Source of the DNA: Balanoglossus misakiensis
Lineage: Eukaryota; Animalia; Hemichordata
Assembly (NCBI GenBank): GCA_040954595.2
Contig: CM082597.2
Location: forward strand, 2,352,349-2,416,348
Direction: 5' to 3'
DNA: 64,000 bases
Positions 1 to 20,000 of this stretch are shown piece by piece. The notes beneath the pieces were generated by a model. It was not told where the DNA came from and searched no databases. It worked only from the letters and a program-made list of their open reading frames with translations. Made by a program: the position numbers and the translations under genes. Each line of letters begins with the position of its first letter. Positions within the stretch are counted from its first letter, which is position 1.

Positions 1-4602
<4,602 letters not shown>

Positions 4603-7453
4603 AAAAAATTGAAGTGAATCTCATCTTTTTCAGAGTCTCGGGACACAAATTTGCTTTTTATTTGAGAGTTTGTCAAAGCATGTGAGGTCAATACTGAATG
4701 TTCATCACTAGTTTAAATAATCTGGCCTGCAAGTCTGTCCTGATCATATTTCAAAAACACTGACCACAAGTCAGCCTCCCAGCCCAAACCACAAGTCCGA
4801 ACAAGTTTTGTAACGATGGCAAATTTAAAGTATTCCAACCTTACAGATTTGCCCACCCCTCAACTTCTACCAGTAGTTTTGTCCTTGTGTTCCCCTGCAT
4901 AGGGATAGACCAAAGAGTGGAATCAGTATAGGGGTGTGCAGGATGAAAATAAAGTCTCTTACTGTCCGTATAGTGATGGACCACTTTGCTATTTTTTCTT
5001 CGGTCCTTCCTTGTTTGTCAAAGAAAGCAACCCAAGTTATTTTGTACAGTAAACATGTTCAAAAAATCCAATGATGTACACAAATGTCGTACAGCAGATG
5101 GAGCAATTATCTTTGGTTGATGGTGATTAGATTTGAAGAAATAACTATTTGATATTCAGATGTCTGGACAAATTCTTGGTATTCCTAAATTGGTGCATTT
5201 TAAATATAAAAAAAGAGGATATCAGTTTTTCAAGGTCATGTTGACCTTGGCAGCTTATTTATAGGAGACAAAAGTACTATTTAGCTGGTAATGAAACATA
5301 AGAAGCAAGTCAGATTTCTGAAACACATACAATGACTAGTAATCCTTATATGAGGTATTTTTCTTGTGCAAGGATAGGAAACAGTATGAGTTAGACTCGA
5401 ATGGAGATGTTTTTGTCCATTTTGGGAGACAACCCAATCCTTGCTTTTTTTCTGTGCTCTGTCTTCTGTAGATGATCTTGCCCACCAATGAAATCAAGTC
5501 ATTGTAATTACGGGGGGAAATTATGTAATTTTTTGCACGCTGCGAAGTAATAAATGTTATTTCATGCCAGAAACTGAAGATGTCTATTGATGTATATGAT
5601 AGTTTTTTGTTCTTGAAGATGGGAGGCAGTGTGAGGTGAACTTGGTAGAGTTATAATGTAGACATTCATGTGTTAACACAAGGTCATGTGGAGAGCCGCT
5701 CTTGATAACGACATTAAATATGTTTGCCAGTAATGACTGGAGCATTTGCCTATCTGCAATTGAATTCTACACTTAGTAAAAAAACCTTCACGGTTGTTTT
5801 GAGGGCGCTTTTTAATAGTATAGCCTACACAATAATTGAGTCCACTAGTCCGCAAACCCGATCAGAAACTGTTTATCCAGCCTACCATATACAAAGATTT
5901 ATCCGCTTTTAATTCCATGGGCCGGGAGGCCTGCTAGATACTTTAAGATTATAATTGTCTGAAGGAGATGGTCTTTAAATTGAAACCAGAAAAGCCCAAG
6001 GTCCTCTGTCATCTTTAGAATATTTTTCTGTCTAAAATATCCTCACAAAAAAATATAAAAGAAACTATTTGCGATGCCTAACAAAATATATTCCCAAAGT
6101 TTTCCGTTCTATTGTTAACTTAAAATATTTGCTGTATTTTATATGGAACAACAATATTTGATGATGCCAACTGTTCGAGTCTTATATTGGCCGACTCATC
6201 TAAACACACAACGATGCTATTTCTGGTATGAGGTTTCCAGAATGTAAGGAATTTTCCGCTACCGCGTCACCAAGTGTAGCGATTCCACACCACTCCCGAA
6301 AGTGCCGCCTAACTTTCTGTGAAATATCATAACAGGGATATGCCTCAGTTTATCACCCACAATGCATATATGTAGGAATATATTTTCACTGAAGCACATT
6401 GGGGAAAAATCGCCAATATAAATTTTTTTCAACACATTCACCAAGTGGAAATGTTGAGAGATGAATTGCTTTAAGACGAGAGTGCTTTGGTTTGGCTGAG
6501 ATCAAGTAAACTCACATCACTCAAAGAAGCAGCAGAGTGGTTTATATGAAACACCAGGCAACATACTAGTATTAAAAATTCGTTTGGTACAGCACATTCG
6601 CATCGCCATCAGTACAACAAAAACCTGATTGTAGGTGAAAGCACCGGTTTGTCCCTCCAGGGTTGGATTTTCGGAGCTGGCGGCGGCGTCGCTTTTACAT
6701 TAAGTAAATTAGGAAATCCGCGTAGGCCTATGGCATGAGATAGTATGATTATAAAATACCATCTAATGGAGAGAGAGAGACTACAACATCCTAAGGGCAA
6801 CCGATGAAAAGAGATGACAGACAGTATAGACTACACCTGTTGATGTATTTTATTTCTGTCTTGGGTCGTAACTTTTAGGCCTAACATTTCCATCTTACCC
6901 ATCGTGGCCTAGTTGTCGAATCGAATACCACGAAGTCCTCCAAAGATCTCCCCTTAGAATAGCATGTGAGCCAGCCCTAATACCTTATAACCATCAACAG
7001 GACTAACACAGGCACAGAAAGCCTGTACCAGTCTAATAAGACACCGATTTGAAAAGCTTACGCCAATCTGATATAAGAACTATTGTGCGTTAAGATGAAA
7101 AATAATGAATCATGCATCTGAGAAATGTCTGCCTAGATGATTGATTGTGCTTGTGAGACAGTCTTTCTTTTAAAGTCTGCATGGTAGCCATCGTGTCACA
7201 TTTTCTCTGCTTAATCCATGGCACACTGACTGGTTGCAACGTTGAGATGCCATTCATCTTTTTTCGCTGAGGGCCTACATTGTGCCGATTGCCAAATTTA
7301 CAAAGAGAAGTAATTTACCTTTTTCAGTTTTCAATTTTCACACTAAAAGAAACGTGAGTCGCCCATATCTGCTTGCTTTTGTTGTTGGACATAAATCACT
7401 TATTGCACGACAGATATTGTATTCCAGGTTGAATGCGATCCGCGCAGGGGTAT

Positions 7454-7467
7454 GTTGTCATAGCAAC
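7454..7467. promoter_or_regulatory. Candidate RFX X-box upstream of calsequestrin
   Basis: GTTGTCATAGCAAC fits the X-box palindrome and lies ~570 bp upstream of the ATG. Motif match only. Confidence 0.35.
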
Positions 7468-8033
7468 CACACAGGATATTTTTATCATTACTTGTTTGAA
7501 GATTTTCAACAAAACTTGCGTCGGGTATTACTTTGTAAACGCTTTAAACATTGCTGGATCAAATGACATGCCTTTGAAAATATTATTTATGGAAAGATGA
7601 AGGTTTTTTTGACAGCGCATCACAAATTGTCGTCTGCTGCATTATTGGGCAAAGACACCAAGCTAAGGGATCTCATCAGCCTTCGTTGAAATTGCTACAT
7701 CCATCTACCACGCGGTAAGTTTTCGTCGTTGGCCATAGCACGGCAGACGTCCCCTCCAGCGACTCAGTCCTCCCGGAGCAAATTCCTGCTTTTGCCGTGC
7801 TCATCTTCGACGAAAATGGGAACCTACAAGACCATCAGTGCCACGGGACGCTTTTAGCATCACTCGCTTCTTCACCAGTGCGGCTAAAAATAGTGTCTAT
7901 CTGGAAGTGGGAAGTTGTAATGCAGTGGGATTCCTCGCGTACTTGCAGCATCCAATTTCAGGCCGACACCACATCTGAAGCAAGACCTATACACGAGCAG
8001 TTCTTTCTTATTTCGATATTTTGACTTGTCAAA

Positions 8034-11000
8034 ATGAAGGGCTGTGGTGTGTGTATTCTCGTGCTACTTTTTCTCGTGCTCGCCCGGACAGAATTTCAAT
8101 TCCCGGAGTACGATGGAACCACGAGGGTGGTGGATTTCACCGATGTCACTTTCCAACAGAAACTCAAAAGACATTCCCTGGTAGTTGTCTTCTGCACGGA
8201 CAAAAATAAAGATGCGACCGCGGCTCGCACCCGAGATATAAACAAACAGATGCTTGAGGTAGGTACGAAATGATTTATGCCCCAACCACACACCATGAAA
8301 ACGTTTAATTTAAAATTGATAATCGTTGCATGGCCGTGAGGAGACTTCGTGTCAACGGTCACATATTGACAAAATAATAATATCTCTCAAACTATAAATT
8401 TCAACTGAGCGTACGCATGTGGCATTCACTTATTTTTTACATTTGGAAAAGTTAAAAAGACTCTTTTCCTATAGTAATCCAATGTAAGCCACACAATATT
8501 CTTGGTTATTTTTCTGTATAAAAGATAATCGAGATAATTTGCTGCTCCGTTGACCCAGAACAATTTGCCTGATGACGCATGTTGCCGTTTGTAAACATCT
8601 CTCGACAAAATACGACCAAATATTTTCAAAGCCAAACAATTAGGGTGTACGCGATAAGGACAATCACTTGTGACCACATGGTTAAAAGGGTGTGTCTACT
8701 CTATGCCTTCTTATGAGTGACCATGTGGGGGCGCACTTTTCTTGTGGACGCTCACGTGAAAACCTGTCATTGGTTAGATCTCAAGTTCCATATTGGTAAC
8801 TGGTTAAATTTGCATTAAACTTTGACAATATCATATGTTTGAGTATTTTCATATTTTTTTGATTGATTGCTGAAATGCATTTAAACTATCACGCACCCGT
8901 CTCATATATTGTGTTCTGTGAAGAGGATTTCAGATTTGTAGTGGCTACATAAAACATCTGTGATGAGTTGATCTGGTGATAATGATGTTTGACTTTGGCA
9001 TCATCTGGACTCTGAAATAGCACTGGCATTATGCCAAAACATTGTGCATATGTGCCTGCAAATGAGGTACTGATAAAGTCTCATCAACTATTATTGGTTG
9101 ACTTGTGTATTTAGGGTAACATATTAAAGCCTATGGGATTACTGTTAACATGGAAAAATACTTTGTTTTTGTTCATGCAACCACGTTTTCTTGTTTATTA
9201 AAGGGACGCTACCCCATTATTTCTGTTTGTGCAACAATTTTTCTTGTTAGTGTATTAAAGGAACACTAGCTGTACCTTTTAGCTTTTGTACTGTATTTTT
9301 ATTCAGTGTATCAACTATATTTCCTTTTCATATTTGAGACAGTTTTATGCATGGGCATTGTGACTTCAATAAAATGTCACCACACACTATGTGATGTGGC
9401 TTGTGTACAGTTGTCAGACACTATGGAAATTAAGTGACACCAAAGCTGATGTGGTCAATGGAAACTACAAATTTATGTCAATATAAATTGAAAGCAAGCT
9501 CCCAAAGGCACTGCTTGCCCCAGGGTTAATTAAAATACAAAATTTTCAAAATACATAAAGATTGACATGAGCATTCAGTCAAAGCCAAAGAAGTTTGATG
9601 TGTTTATTAAGATTAATTTGATTCAATTATTCTTCAAGTGAGTGAAATATTTGATTGATATCTGCTGAAGGATAATTTGCACTTTTCAGATAGTTTTATT
9701 TTTTATTTGGTGTGTATATTACAGCTGCAAGATTCTATTGTTTTAGCATTTTACATGTCATTCTATTGGACGAGACAGAATCGATGGCCTACCCTCTAAA
9801 TAAAGGTACCCAACATACAGATCAGGCAAGCTGCGTGTTCACGTCCACAACTCATACTTGGCATACACTAGCAAGATGAAATTACAATCTCCTTTGGTCC
9901 AATTTTGAGTAATATCATTCCAACAAGAATGAAATTTCTCACATTAAATGACAATGACGAATGCCTCATACAGAAAATAACTGTTAAATTATAGATTAGT
10001 AATAAATTATGGATATCTGTTATTATCTTTTATGAATGACCTACCTAATAAAACTAAAAGCAATCAGCAATTGTGGGTAATTTTCTCCCCAGAACAACGT
10101 CGATGTTTACAATAGACTGAAGGGGCATCATTTCAGTCTGATATGATGTAGATGCATTATAGATACATTTACAACTGACAGGCAGAGGGAGGGAGGGGAG
10201 AGAGTGAAAGAACAGGGGAAAGGTAGAGAACCAGACGGTTTTTATAAAATAATTGATTTTGTCAGACAATTTTTTGCCTCTGTTATTCAACAACTGTATA
10301 AATATTACAAATTAATATTGTTTGTAAAATGATGACTGCTTTTCACAGCTCTGTGTTTCATGATAATTGGTTAATATCGCCGACAATCATGGTTCCTTCC
10401 TACACCACTGCAAATGTCAAAATCTAAATAATATGACATGATTATCTTTCAATCATCTCTAAAATTGGGCTTCACGTGTAATACTGGTAGCAGAAAGCAT
10501 CTATTACAATGGGAGATTAAATATCAATTGATGATCAACCAATCAAAAAACATGATCAGATCACATGTCCTACAAAAGGCAAGTCATGTGATTAAAACTA
10601 TCATGCTGCACTACATGTACTTGTACAATTTTATGAAATGGTAACTGTGATAAAACACACTCTATCACTGATATTCTGTTCAAGTTATATTCAATTTTCA
10701 ACAAGAGACAATTAACTCGCTGAGATCTCTGCAAGTAAACGAATATTAGTCTTCTTAAAAGCTAGCCAGGTCCCATCTGATTTACTGAACTGACATATGT
10801 TACTCAGGGATATCACATGTCAACAGTGATTACAGGTCACATTACATTTATCAAAAAAGTTATTAAGCTGATAGCAACAGATGAACATGACAGGAACATT
10901 ATTGGAAGATCTTTTGATAGAATTTACGCAAGAGCAATTTTGGGTTAAATATTATTTTGGTGAGCAGAACACAGAGATATGCAAAATATATTTATCACTG

Positions 11001-14000
11001 AGTAAAGATAGAATGAAAGATGAAATGCTGTTTTATTGAAACCTTTCAATAAATATTTCACAATACTTGCTGAATATAGATGGTGTGAAATATCTTTTTG
11101 AATAATGTACATCCTTTCCTCCCAGATATCATGATGTGATGACTCGGTGATATAAGATGAAATAGTCCATCTTGTTACCCCTGAAGGGAAATAATTTTAG
11201 AGATTGCAGATGACAGTCTCTCGGGTTATGACAAAGTAGCTGTTGTTTGGGTTAGATAGTAATGTCTTTTAATATCAAATATCTACCTCTATGTACATGT
11301 CTTCCGTTGTGAACTTTTGATTTCTGATGTTGAAATGGCCTTGAAGGCACTGTCATACCGTACACGATCCTATAACATTTTACTCATGATCCATTAAACT
11401 GTGTCTGTGATAGGGCATTTGTTGTGTTAATGTCTGAAATATCTTCATGACTGTATTCCGTAAAAGTTGGAGTTCATGTAAAATTACTTGGAATATTTTC
11501 AACAAGTTACTCTTCCACTGTGTCTTGAAGCTGACTTAGCTGCTCCAAGTACATGAGTCATCTATGTTCAATTTTCTCAAAAGTCATCCTGATGTTGAGT
11601 TCTGATGATTTGGAGGTTGATGTTCTCATAGATTTTGGAAAATCTAGGAATACATGTATGTTAAAATGTGTACAATTCATAACATGAGTTACGCTGGTAT
11701 ATACAGGCCTGTTGAAATGCCGAAGGACTTATTCTTCTGGAATTTATATGTGGAGACTTGCACTGAAGTGGGCTGTGGGTTATATTTTCTAAGACTGACT
11801 ACCAGAGATTGATAGTAAAAATATATAGCATCCATTGACTTGGAGATAATAGTGGTCATCATCTCCCCAGGCGGGCTGACCATTGGAGTACTTGCCCTAC
11901 AAATCAATGATGTATATCTTTTAACTTCAAAGAGTAAATAATTGGTGTATAATGTACAAAGATTTAGTACTAGCTGACAGTGTTTTAAAATCCGATATAG
12001 AGTTGGCTCGATCTTTACATTTGCTGATTCTTTGCTGATCTGTTGTTCTGATCTGTCCGTCTAGGAACAGAACAGCAGAAAACCAGCATTTTATAGATCG
12101 AGCGAACTCCGATTTTAATCAGACTAACACACACTGATGGTTTCAAATCCTGATCGAAACTTGAAGCCGGAATTTCATGATAGCTAGGGTGTGCGGACAG
12201 GTTTAGATGTGGATGCCAGCCATCATTACTCTTGTGAAGTTTGTTATTGTTGGAAGTAAATTGTGGCACTTTAAAGGTCAGAGGGGTATCACTGTACTTA
12301 GCACTGATATTCAACATGTCATCATGTATCCACAGACGGTTTCAAATTAGCTTGATGATTATCTACATGTGAATACATGTATGTACAATATAAATGGTAA
12401 ACTCGGGGGACGCAACATAAGTAGGAAGTATCAATCACATGGGCAAATATGTGGGACCCAGTGTGGGCTAAAATGGTCCTCTCTTGGAGATTTGATTCAT
12501 GTTGACACTTTTTCATACCTTAATTAAGACTGACCTGAATTTATAGTGTTTGGTATTAACTGTACCCTAACTTCTAACATTTTTTTCTGATTGCTAATAG
12601 GCAATTACCATTTACCCTTGTTGACAGGATTTGCAACACTATAGCCTCGATAATCTTGATTTATTACAACAACAGCTTGTATATTGTTGCTTTAGCCAGG
12701 GACATCAAACAAGTTGTTGATGTCACAGGTGTTGTGGTGCAAAGTTACCATGGTGCTAATTTTGGCACCAAAACCTGAGAGGATGATCTACCCAGAATAA
12801 ATGAAAATAAATTTTGACTGCAGATGGCTTTCTGCAGTGGTCTTCGACTTCACACGTTTTGGCGTTAAGGAGATCGAGTTGCTACTTACATGTCTCTGGT
12901 ACAGTACATGTTTCTAGTAAATTTCTTTGAGTCAGCTACATATATATCAGTACAAGGAAAAGGAAAAAAGTTAAATTAATCCGTGTGAGTCAATGACATG
13001 GCATTTTCCTCACAGAGGACAATACTTCCAGTCGATTTAGCACGTCAGTGCATTATTGCCGCACAAGAGATATTTAATGTGCTTCTCGAATAAAAGGAAC
13101 GCAGATCAAATTAACGGCAGTCTAACTTGATCAGGGGTAATTTGAGTACAAAAGGCACGGTATGGAAAGCTTAGGACTATACAGTCTGTATAAATCTAGA
13201 TGAGATTCTTTATTAGAGTTTCACCAGCGGGTATGGTGATGCATGGTAATCATGCTTTACTGTAGAGGGCTTGATGTCTGGTGATTAAGCCATACAAAGT
13301 AAACTTTGTGTTCTACCACATAAAAGAGTCAATTTTTAGTTCATATATGCTTTAATTAAAGCTCCAAAAGCTGCCATTTTTTTGCATTATTTTAATGATT
13401 TTACTTTCAGAATTGTCCATTTAAATAAGTTAAATTTACCATTGGGTATACACAAAGATATTATCAAACTCTGATTGTAGCTGTATATTTAAATATGTGT
13501 ACAAGTTAATTATTAAACGGGTGCCACACCCTTTTATTCAGCCGCACATTGCAAAAGTACACAGCTATTGTGATATGCGCACATGAAATTAGAATCTCCA
13601 CAAATTCTGTCGACTTAGGATAAAGAAAAGAGTGAAGGATTTTACAGATTAAAAATATGTTAAAAGTGGCAGCTATGGGGGCTTTAAATATAGGAGAGAA
13701 AAATGTGATGTTTTCCATTAACTTGTGTGCATAGTCGTCACAACTGTGTCACTTTCATTCTACTGCAACTCTGTTCTGTCTATTTTCATCAACTCCGCTG
13801 CAGTTCACTGCATAAATCTGTTGCGAACGCTGATCCATCCAAGCGTAGAATCTCCGTGCATCTGTTACCATGGCAAATAAAATCCTCCGCAAATTGATTT
13901 AGCCAACTAGACATGGCTGTTTCTTGTCAACGATTTTCGAGAATCCACACATCAGAAAAATCTGAAAATTGATTTTTCCCAATGAATAAAGACATATTAT

Positions 14001-17000
14001 GGCTACCTTCTTTCTTTGATGCTTCAATATTTAGACATTTTGGCTTCAAGATAAGACATCATCTCGACTGAAATGAAACTTGGAGACTGCAGATACCTAC
14101 TTTGTCTGATTGATTTAAATAGCTAGTGATATTGATCCTCTGGATAGATCAGTCCATTTTCAAGATATATTATTCTGAACATGAAATATTTCATTTTCTC
14201 ATCATCATTTAAAAACATGGTGTTTAAATTTAAGATTGAACTTTGAAAAATAAATTAAAAGAGATATAGTGATTCTAAATTGACAAAAAGAGGAATACAC
14301 GCACAAACTTGATAAGATTTTAATTTATATGAAAGATGAAAGGAAGTATATTTTAGCTTTAAATGATTTCATGTCTTAAACAGACAAAATTAGGCATCAT
14401 TGCTGTCTGTACGAAACTCTCATCAACATATTGATTTTATGTAAATCTTTACTTTACTCTAATGGATTTGTGAATTGAAGAAGCTGTTTTGAATGCTTCA
14501 TCATGTCTGTCTATGCCATCTGCATGGTAAATGCCTTTACAAGTCTGATCAGGGACTTTATGGTAGAGTGTCTGTTTACATGTATGGATAACCGCGTACA
14601 TATTAAAAGCTGTGAGCTCCTTGGAGGAATATTGATTGAACAGATGCATCTCATTGTCACCGCGGACGCTAACAGCTTTTAAGGTCATTGATAGTTCAGA
14701 GAGTTCACAGCGTACAATACTTAGCAGAACTTTTAGTGATTCTAATATAGAATTGGTATCTTCCATCTCCATATCCTAAAGTGTACATTAGATAAACAAC
14801 ACCCGCAGAAATCATTGTTGATGACACAGTCATTATGTATTTGGAGCTTACATCATCAATCCAAAGCTTATTTGTCATAGGAACATATTCAATTTCATGA
14901 TTCAAAATTCCTTTTTATTCAATAACTAATAACTTTCTGTCAGAAATATTTGATAAACCATTCCCCAAGAAACATGTCATACTATGATATAGTAGAAAAA
15001 GTTAACTACTTAAAAATATTGACATTTGAGAACTATTTTTGTCTTTATATTGATGGTACTTAACTAAAAATAGGGTAGCGTGTTTAAAACATGCTGTTTA
15101 AATAGACTTGATTATGTGCAGGTATGTCTGGTCGCTGCATTTAAGAAAACTGAACTGTCTGTTATCTGTGATGTTAACTTAGATGTATGATTCAATGCAT
15201 AGGTATTTGTTATACTGGGGCAGTGCTGGACCTCAGTACATGAAAATATGGGCAATGATAATTTAAAGCAGTTTACTCTGTCAAAATTGGAACTCACTTC
15301 TTGAATTTTCAGTAATGAGAATTCTTGAGCGAAGCCCTTTATGGTCTGGATACTTTGAAAGGTTGTCATGGTGACCAGAGATTAAATGCATGCATGATTT
15401 CATATTATGTATTCTTAGTCTTTTATGAACTGGACTCATCAGTGTTGTCTTGAATGTAAATTTGCATAATCATCTACTGGAACCTATCTAATCAGTCTGA
15501 GTCAATTCATCATCATTTTAATACCAGTTCTGCATTTATAATAAAGAACATATTATGCAACCATTGTACCCTCTAAGCCAATATGACATTCAAGAAAATT
15601 TGTATAATACAAAAATGTATATATGTGTATGTATGGAGTCACACAAGGCTTTTGACATGATGATTCCTGTGCAGATATATATATATATATATATATATGC
15701 ATGCATGACATTCACCAGGAACTTAACAACTTTTCCAATAGTAATTTCCGGGAATGATCACCCCATGAACATAACGACTATGACCTATTAACCTAAAATG
15801 GTCAATACACTGCAACTGGAGGCCGCTGACTCTCCATTCTTCGCCGCAGCATGATAGCATTTCATGAACGCAATCTGAAACCGCATAATTCCAATCGTCA
15901 GCGACAGATTCAAAATAAATTGGATCAAGTCTGTCCTGGCTGTTCAGACTGCAGCCTCGTTATACTCTTGTTAAAGCCCCAGTATTTCTCGTGTGCATCC
16001 ATTTTTCATCATCGAAAAAAGCCCGTTTTTCCAGTACATCCATCATGGAATACTATATAATGAAGATGTAAGAAAGGTTTGGGCAACTGTAGCTACGTGC
16101 AAGCTGTAAATATTGCCTGTAACACTTGAAATGATGCGCGGGTTTGTTTACAATGGAAATGTTGTACATGTCGATCAGCAAACGTGCCACTTTGACATTT
16201 TGATGGTCAGACCATTTTCGGATTTGATCTGGTTCCATCGACTGATTTCTCCCATAAAGTTATCTTCCCAAAATTTCGCCGAATTAGTGCGCATTTCTTC
16301 GCTGAGTCGCTTGATTTGGGGCGACCAAACCTCTTCCGCATAGATTCACATTTGAGTGCGCATGCGCACTAGTCACGTGTGTCAACATTAGCCTGACTCA
16401 CGTGACTTTCTGTCCGGACAGAAAGTCATTCTTCACTCGTTATATTGTAAATTGTATGAGTTTATCAGCAGAGTTGGGGATGATGACTGTTCGATTCAGT
16501 ATCAATTATCATCTACTTTTAGAAATTATAGATGCCGTTTCAAACAAAATTTTGCCCCTACGAGAAATACTGTGGCTTTAATAGAGACAATTTCAGTCTA
16601 AGGAGATGAGGCATTGCACCAGTAATGAACTTTGGGCGAAAATCCGTTAAAGGCCATGTTGTAAAAGATCCCTGCTGGGGTCGAGATCAAGTCTCTTTAA
16701 AGTACAAGAGAATGTCTCCCTAATTTTCTAATGCAAATTATGCTATACTGTGAATACATGTTTGATCACATGTATCACTAGTATCAGATCTCTGTAGATA
16801 TAACTTTCTGTGTGTGTATGCATGCTGTATGTATGTATGAGCATATATTTTTTATTTATTTATCAGACATAAAAATTGTGATAATTGCATTTGATATCAA
16901 AATATATTGAAATATATATTTGTGCTTCAGCTTGCAGCTCAAATCATGGAACCGAGGAATGTGGTTGTTGGCATAGTTGACCTAGATGACGACAAAGAAG

Positions 17001-20000
17001 CAGCAAAAATCATAGGTATTGTATTTTTAAAAAAGACTCCTCTAAAAACTCGTCATCTACACTTAGCTTGTGTATACTAACTCTCATAGCCCTAGGTCAG
17101 AGCTACATTAACACTGATGTCATTACTATACATAAAGCCAGTTTTTAATGCTGGGTTTGAAATTTCATGAGATCTATGATGTTCAGTCCCTTACTACAAC
17201 AAAGGTTACCTAGGTAAACATTAGTTGTCCTTTACTTCACGCCACGAGTGACCCATCTGGCATTTTTTCAGGACAATTAGGGCTTCCTGATATCTGACTG
17301 TTTTCAATTTGATTCCAATACTCAGCTAGAAAAACTGGCTCACCTCAATTTTCATGCGGTTATAGGTTACACTTACTGCATTCGTGCATCTTGTATTGTG
17401 TGTAATTGAGTACAGAATTCATTACTGAATTATAATTATATTTATTGTACAGGTGCATCTCATGCAGGACAAATATTTGTATACAAGAATGGTAAAAGGA
17501 TAGAATTTACAGGCCATAGAGCATCAGAAATACTTATAAGTTTTCTCATAAAGGTAAGAACAATTATCTTCCTGATCCCAAATGATCACTTTACATGTGA
17601 TAGACGTACAAACAGAAAAACAATGTACCGGGTATGTAAAGTTGTGTGTAAAACATAGTGTATTCCTAGACCACTTTTGTCATAATAATTTTTCAGATTT
17701 GAAAAAGGGGTGATTCATAATAGTAAGTTTGATATATTCCAGTTGTTCGATGATCCAGTGACGACTATAGACGGCAAAGCTGAGAAGAGAGCCTTTGAGA
17801 AAGTGGATTTGCCAAAGGTTATCGGATACTTCGAAAAAGACAGCAAAGGTTAGTGATCGAAATAGCGCCCCTACAGTCATGTTGAAATGGTAGTTTTGTT
17901 TTTTATAGTGAGTTGGAAAAGCACTGCAGTTTGTGCACTGATAGTAAATAAATGTATTTTTCCATCTTTTGAAGAATACAAAGAATTTGAAGATGCTGCC
18001 CAGACCTTTCAACCTGTGATACCATTCTATGCATGTTTTGACAAAAAGGTGAGTGTACTGACTGCCTGTAAATACTAAATTAAAGAAGAGAATTGAACTC
18101 CATTCTATATTAAATGACATCGCAATGTAACAGGAGATGTGAAAGACTAATTTTTAAGAATAAGCAGATAAGAGAATTTGAATTATATTTTTTTACATGA
18201 ACATGCAGCAAATTTCAACTTTCAGATTTAATGTGTTCTGTAATGTTTTGATTGATTTTTGATTGATTACTACTTACTCTAGTATTATAGACTTTTGTTT
18301 ACCTATTGGCTTACAGCTTGCGAAGTCTTTTCATCTGAAAAAATTAAATTTGATTCAGTTTATAAGACCCTTTGATAAAGCCTTAGAAATTCCACAAGTG
18401 GTAAGTTGCTTTTATTTTTTATTATATTGTTCGATGTTTTCCTGGGTTATTTTAATCCATAATAACTGCTGAAGGCAATAGTATGACAATGACATTTCTT
18501 TTTAAAAGCTAACATTTTAAATGGTTTTTCGTTGACAGCCTGCATCTTCCAAGGATGTACAGAGATTCATACAAAGAAACAAAAAAGGAGGACTGAGAAA
18601 ACTAAGACTGGAAGACTTGCATGACACCTGGGTAAGTACAAACACACCTGGTGAAGTGTCACGCCACCTGGATTGTTTCTCAATATTTCCTGAAACATAG
18701 CACTTATTTGAGTGTTTTTGCGGTTGTTATCCAGAAGAAAACCAACACAGAAAAACTTTACTCAACACTTATTCTTTTTAATGTGGATTTTGATGATATC
18801 AATAAAGGATAATTTGAAACACATAACTCAAGGAAATGGACCTTAAGTCCAGCCTTATGATAGTGTCAGTGTCATCAATAACGGAGCATGTGCATTTTTT
18901 ACATGTACCATTGTCCGCGGTCTGCTTGGCTTGGCTATGTTGTTCTGTGTCGTCCCCTGACCAAACCTGTGCGACCAACCCCTATAGTTTGCATGTCTCT
19001 TTTCAGTGTGTGTCTCATATTTTTGTGGACCAATCACAGCAAGTGTCATGCACCATCTAATAAACATGGTAATCTAATTTGGCACCAGCTAGCTGCAGAT
19101 TGTGCGACACTCGTCTAGGAGCATTCGACAGACGAACATTAAAAGTTTCACCCAAACCTTTGTACAACACTTGTTGATTTTTTAAAGTGAATGTACAGAT
19201 GCTATAGCCCAAGGTGTTTATCTGCACACCGTGAAGTGCACTTCACGGAAGTTCGGTTACCACTATATGATAGTGCACCTCAAACATGCTAGCCTGTGAG
19301 GCCAAGGGATATTTTGAGGGACGTCTTCCTGCCCGCGATCAGCTTTGGCAAGCACAGATATCCAAAGTTTGGTAATAAACTGTGCCATCGCGTATTTCAC
19401 TTCCGGTATATTGAAAAGAGTCAACTTTTGTTGATGTATAAAACTAAAATACAGAAGAAAGTGATCGAAGTTAGAGCTACCATCCCTGTAAGGCCTTGCT
19501 AGTGTGTTTATTCACTCTACAGTCATAACTGCATGATGCATGTACACAAGACGTCTCCTATTCACTTTGCATGCAGAGACTGTTTGCGGATATACCTGGT
19601 ATAACTTGGGTAAGTCAGCACTTTACAACTTAAAACTTGACTGATTATTAGACCAACTGCACTGTAATTAATGCATGTCAGTTTTGCTGTTATGATGGCT
19701 TTGCATTGTATTGTTGTTTTGTGCCGTTAGACAATGATCGACATCTGAAGCAATGGCGATAACATGTACTATATGTGAAGAAGCATATTTAGAAAACTGT
19801 TATTGTTTTGAAATCCCTCTATTAGATTGACACAGATTGTATTCCAAACCTTAAATGTATATTCTGGTATATTTACTTCTATCAACACAGGAACATGATT
19901 CAAAGACACATCTTATTGTAGCATTTGCAAAGCCACAAACATCAAGGGGATCAGAGTTTTTCTCTGTGTTGAAGAAACTGGCAAGACATTACAGTGACTC

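Noticed and set aside
8259-16930. Possible nested gene in the large calsequestrin intron
   Set aside because: Only short ORFs with no recognisable domains or consistent exon chain.
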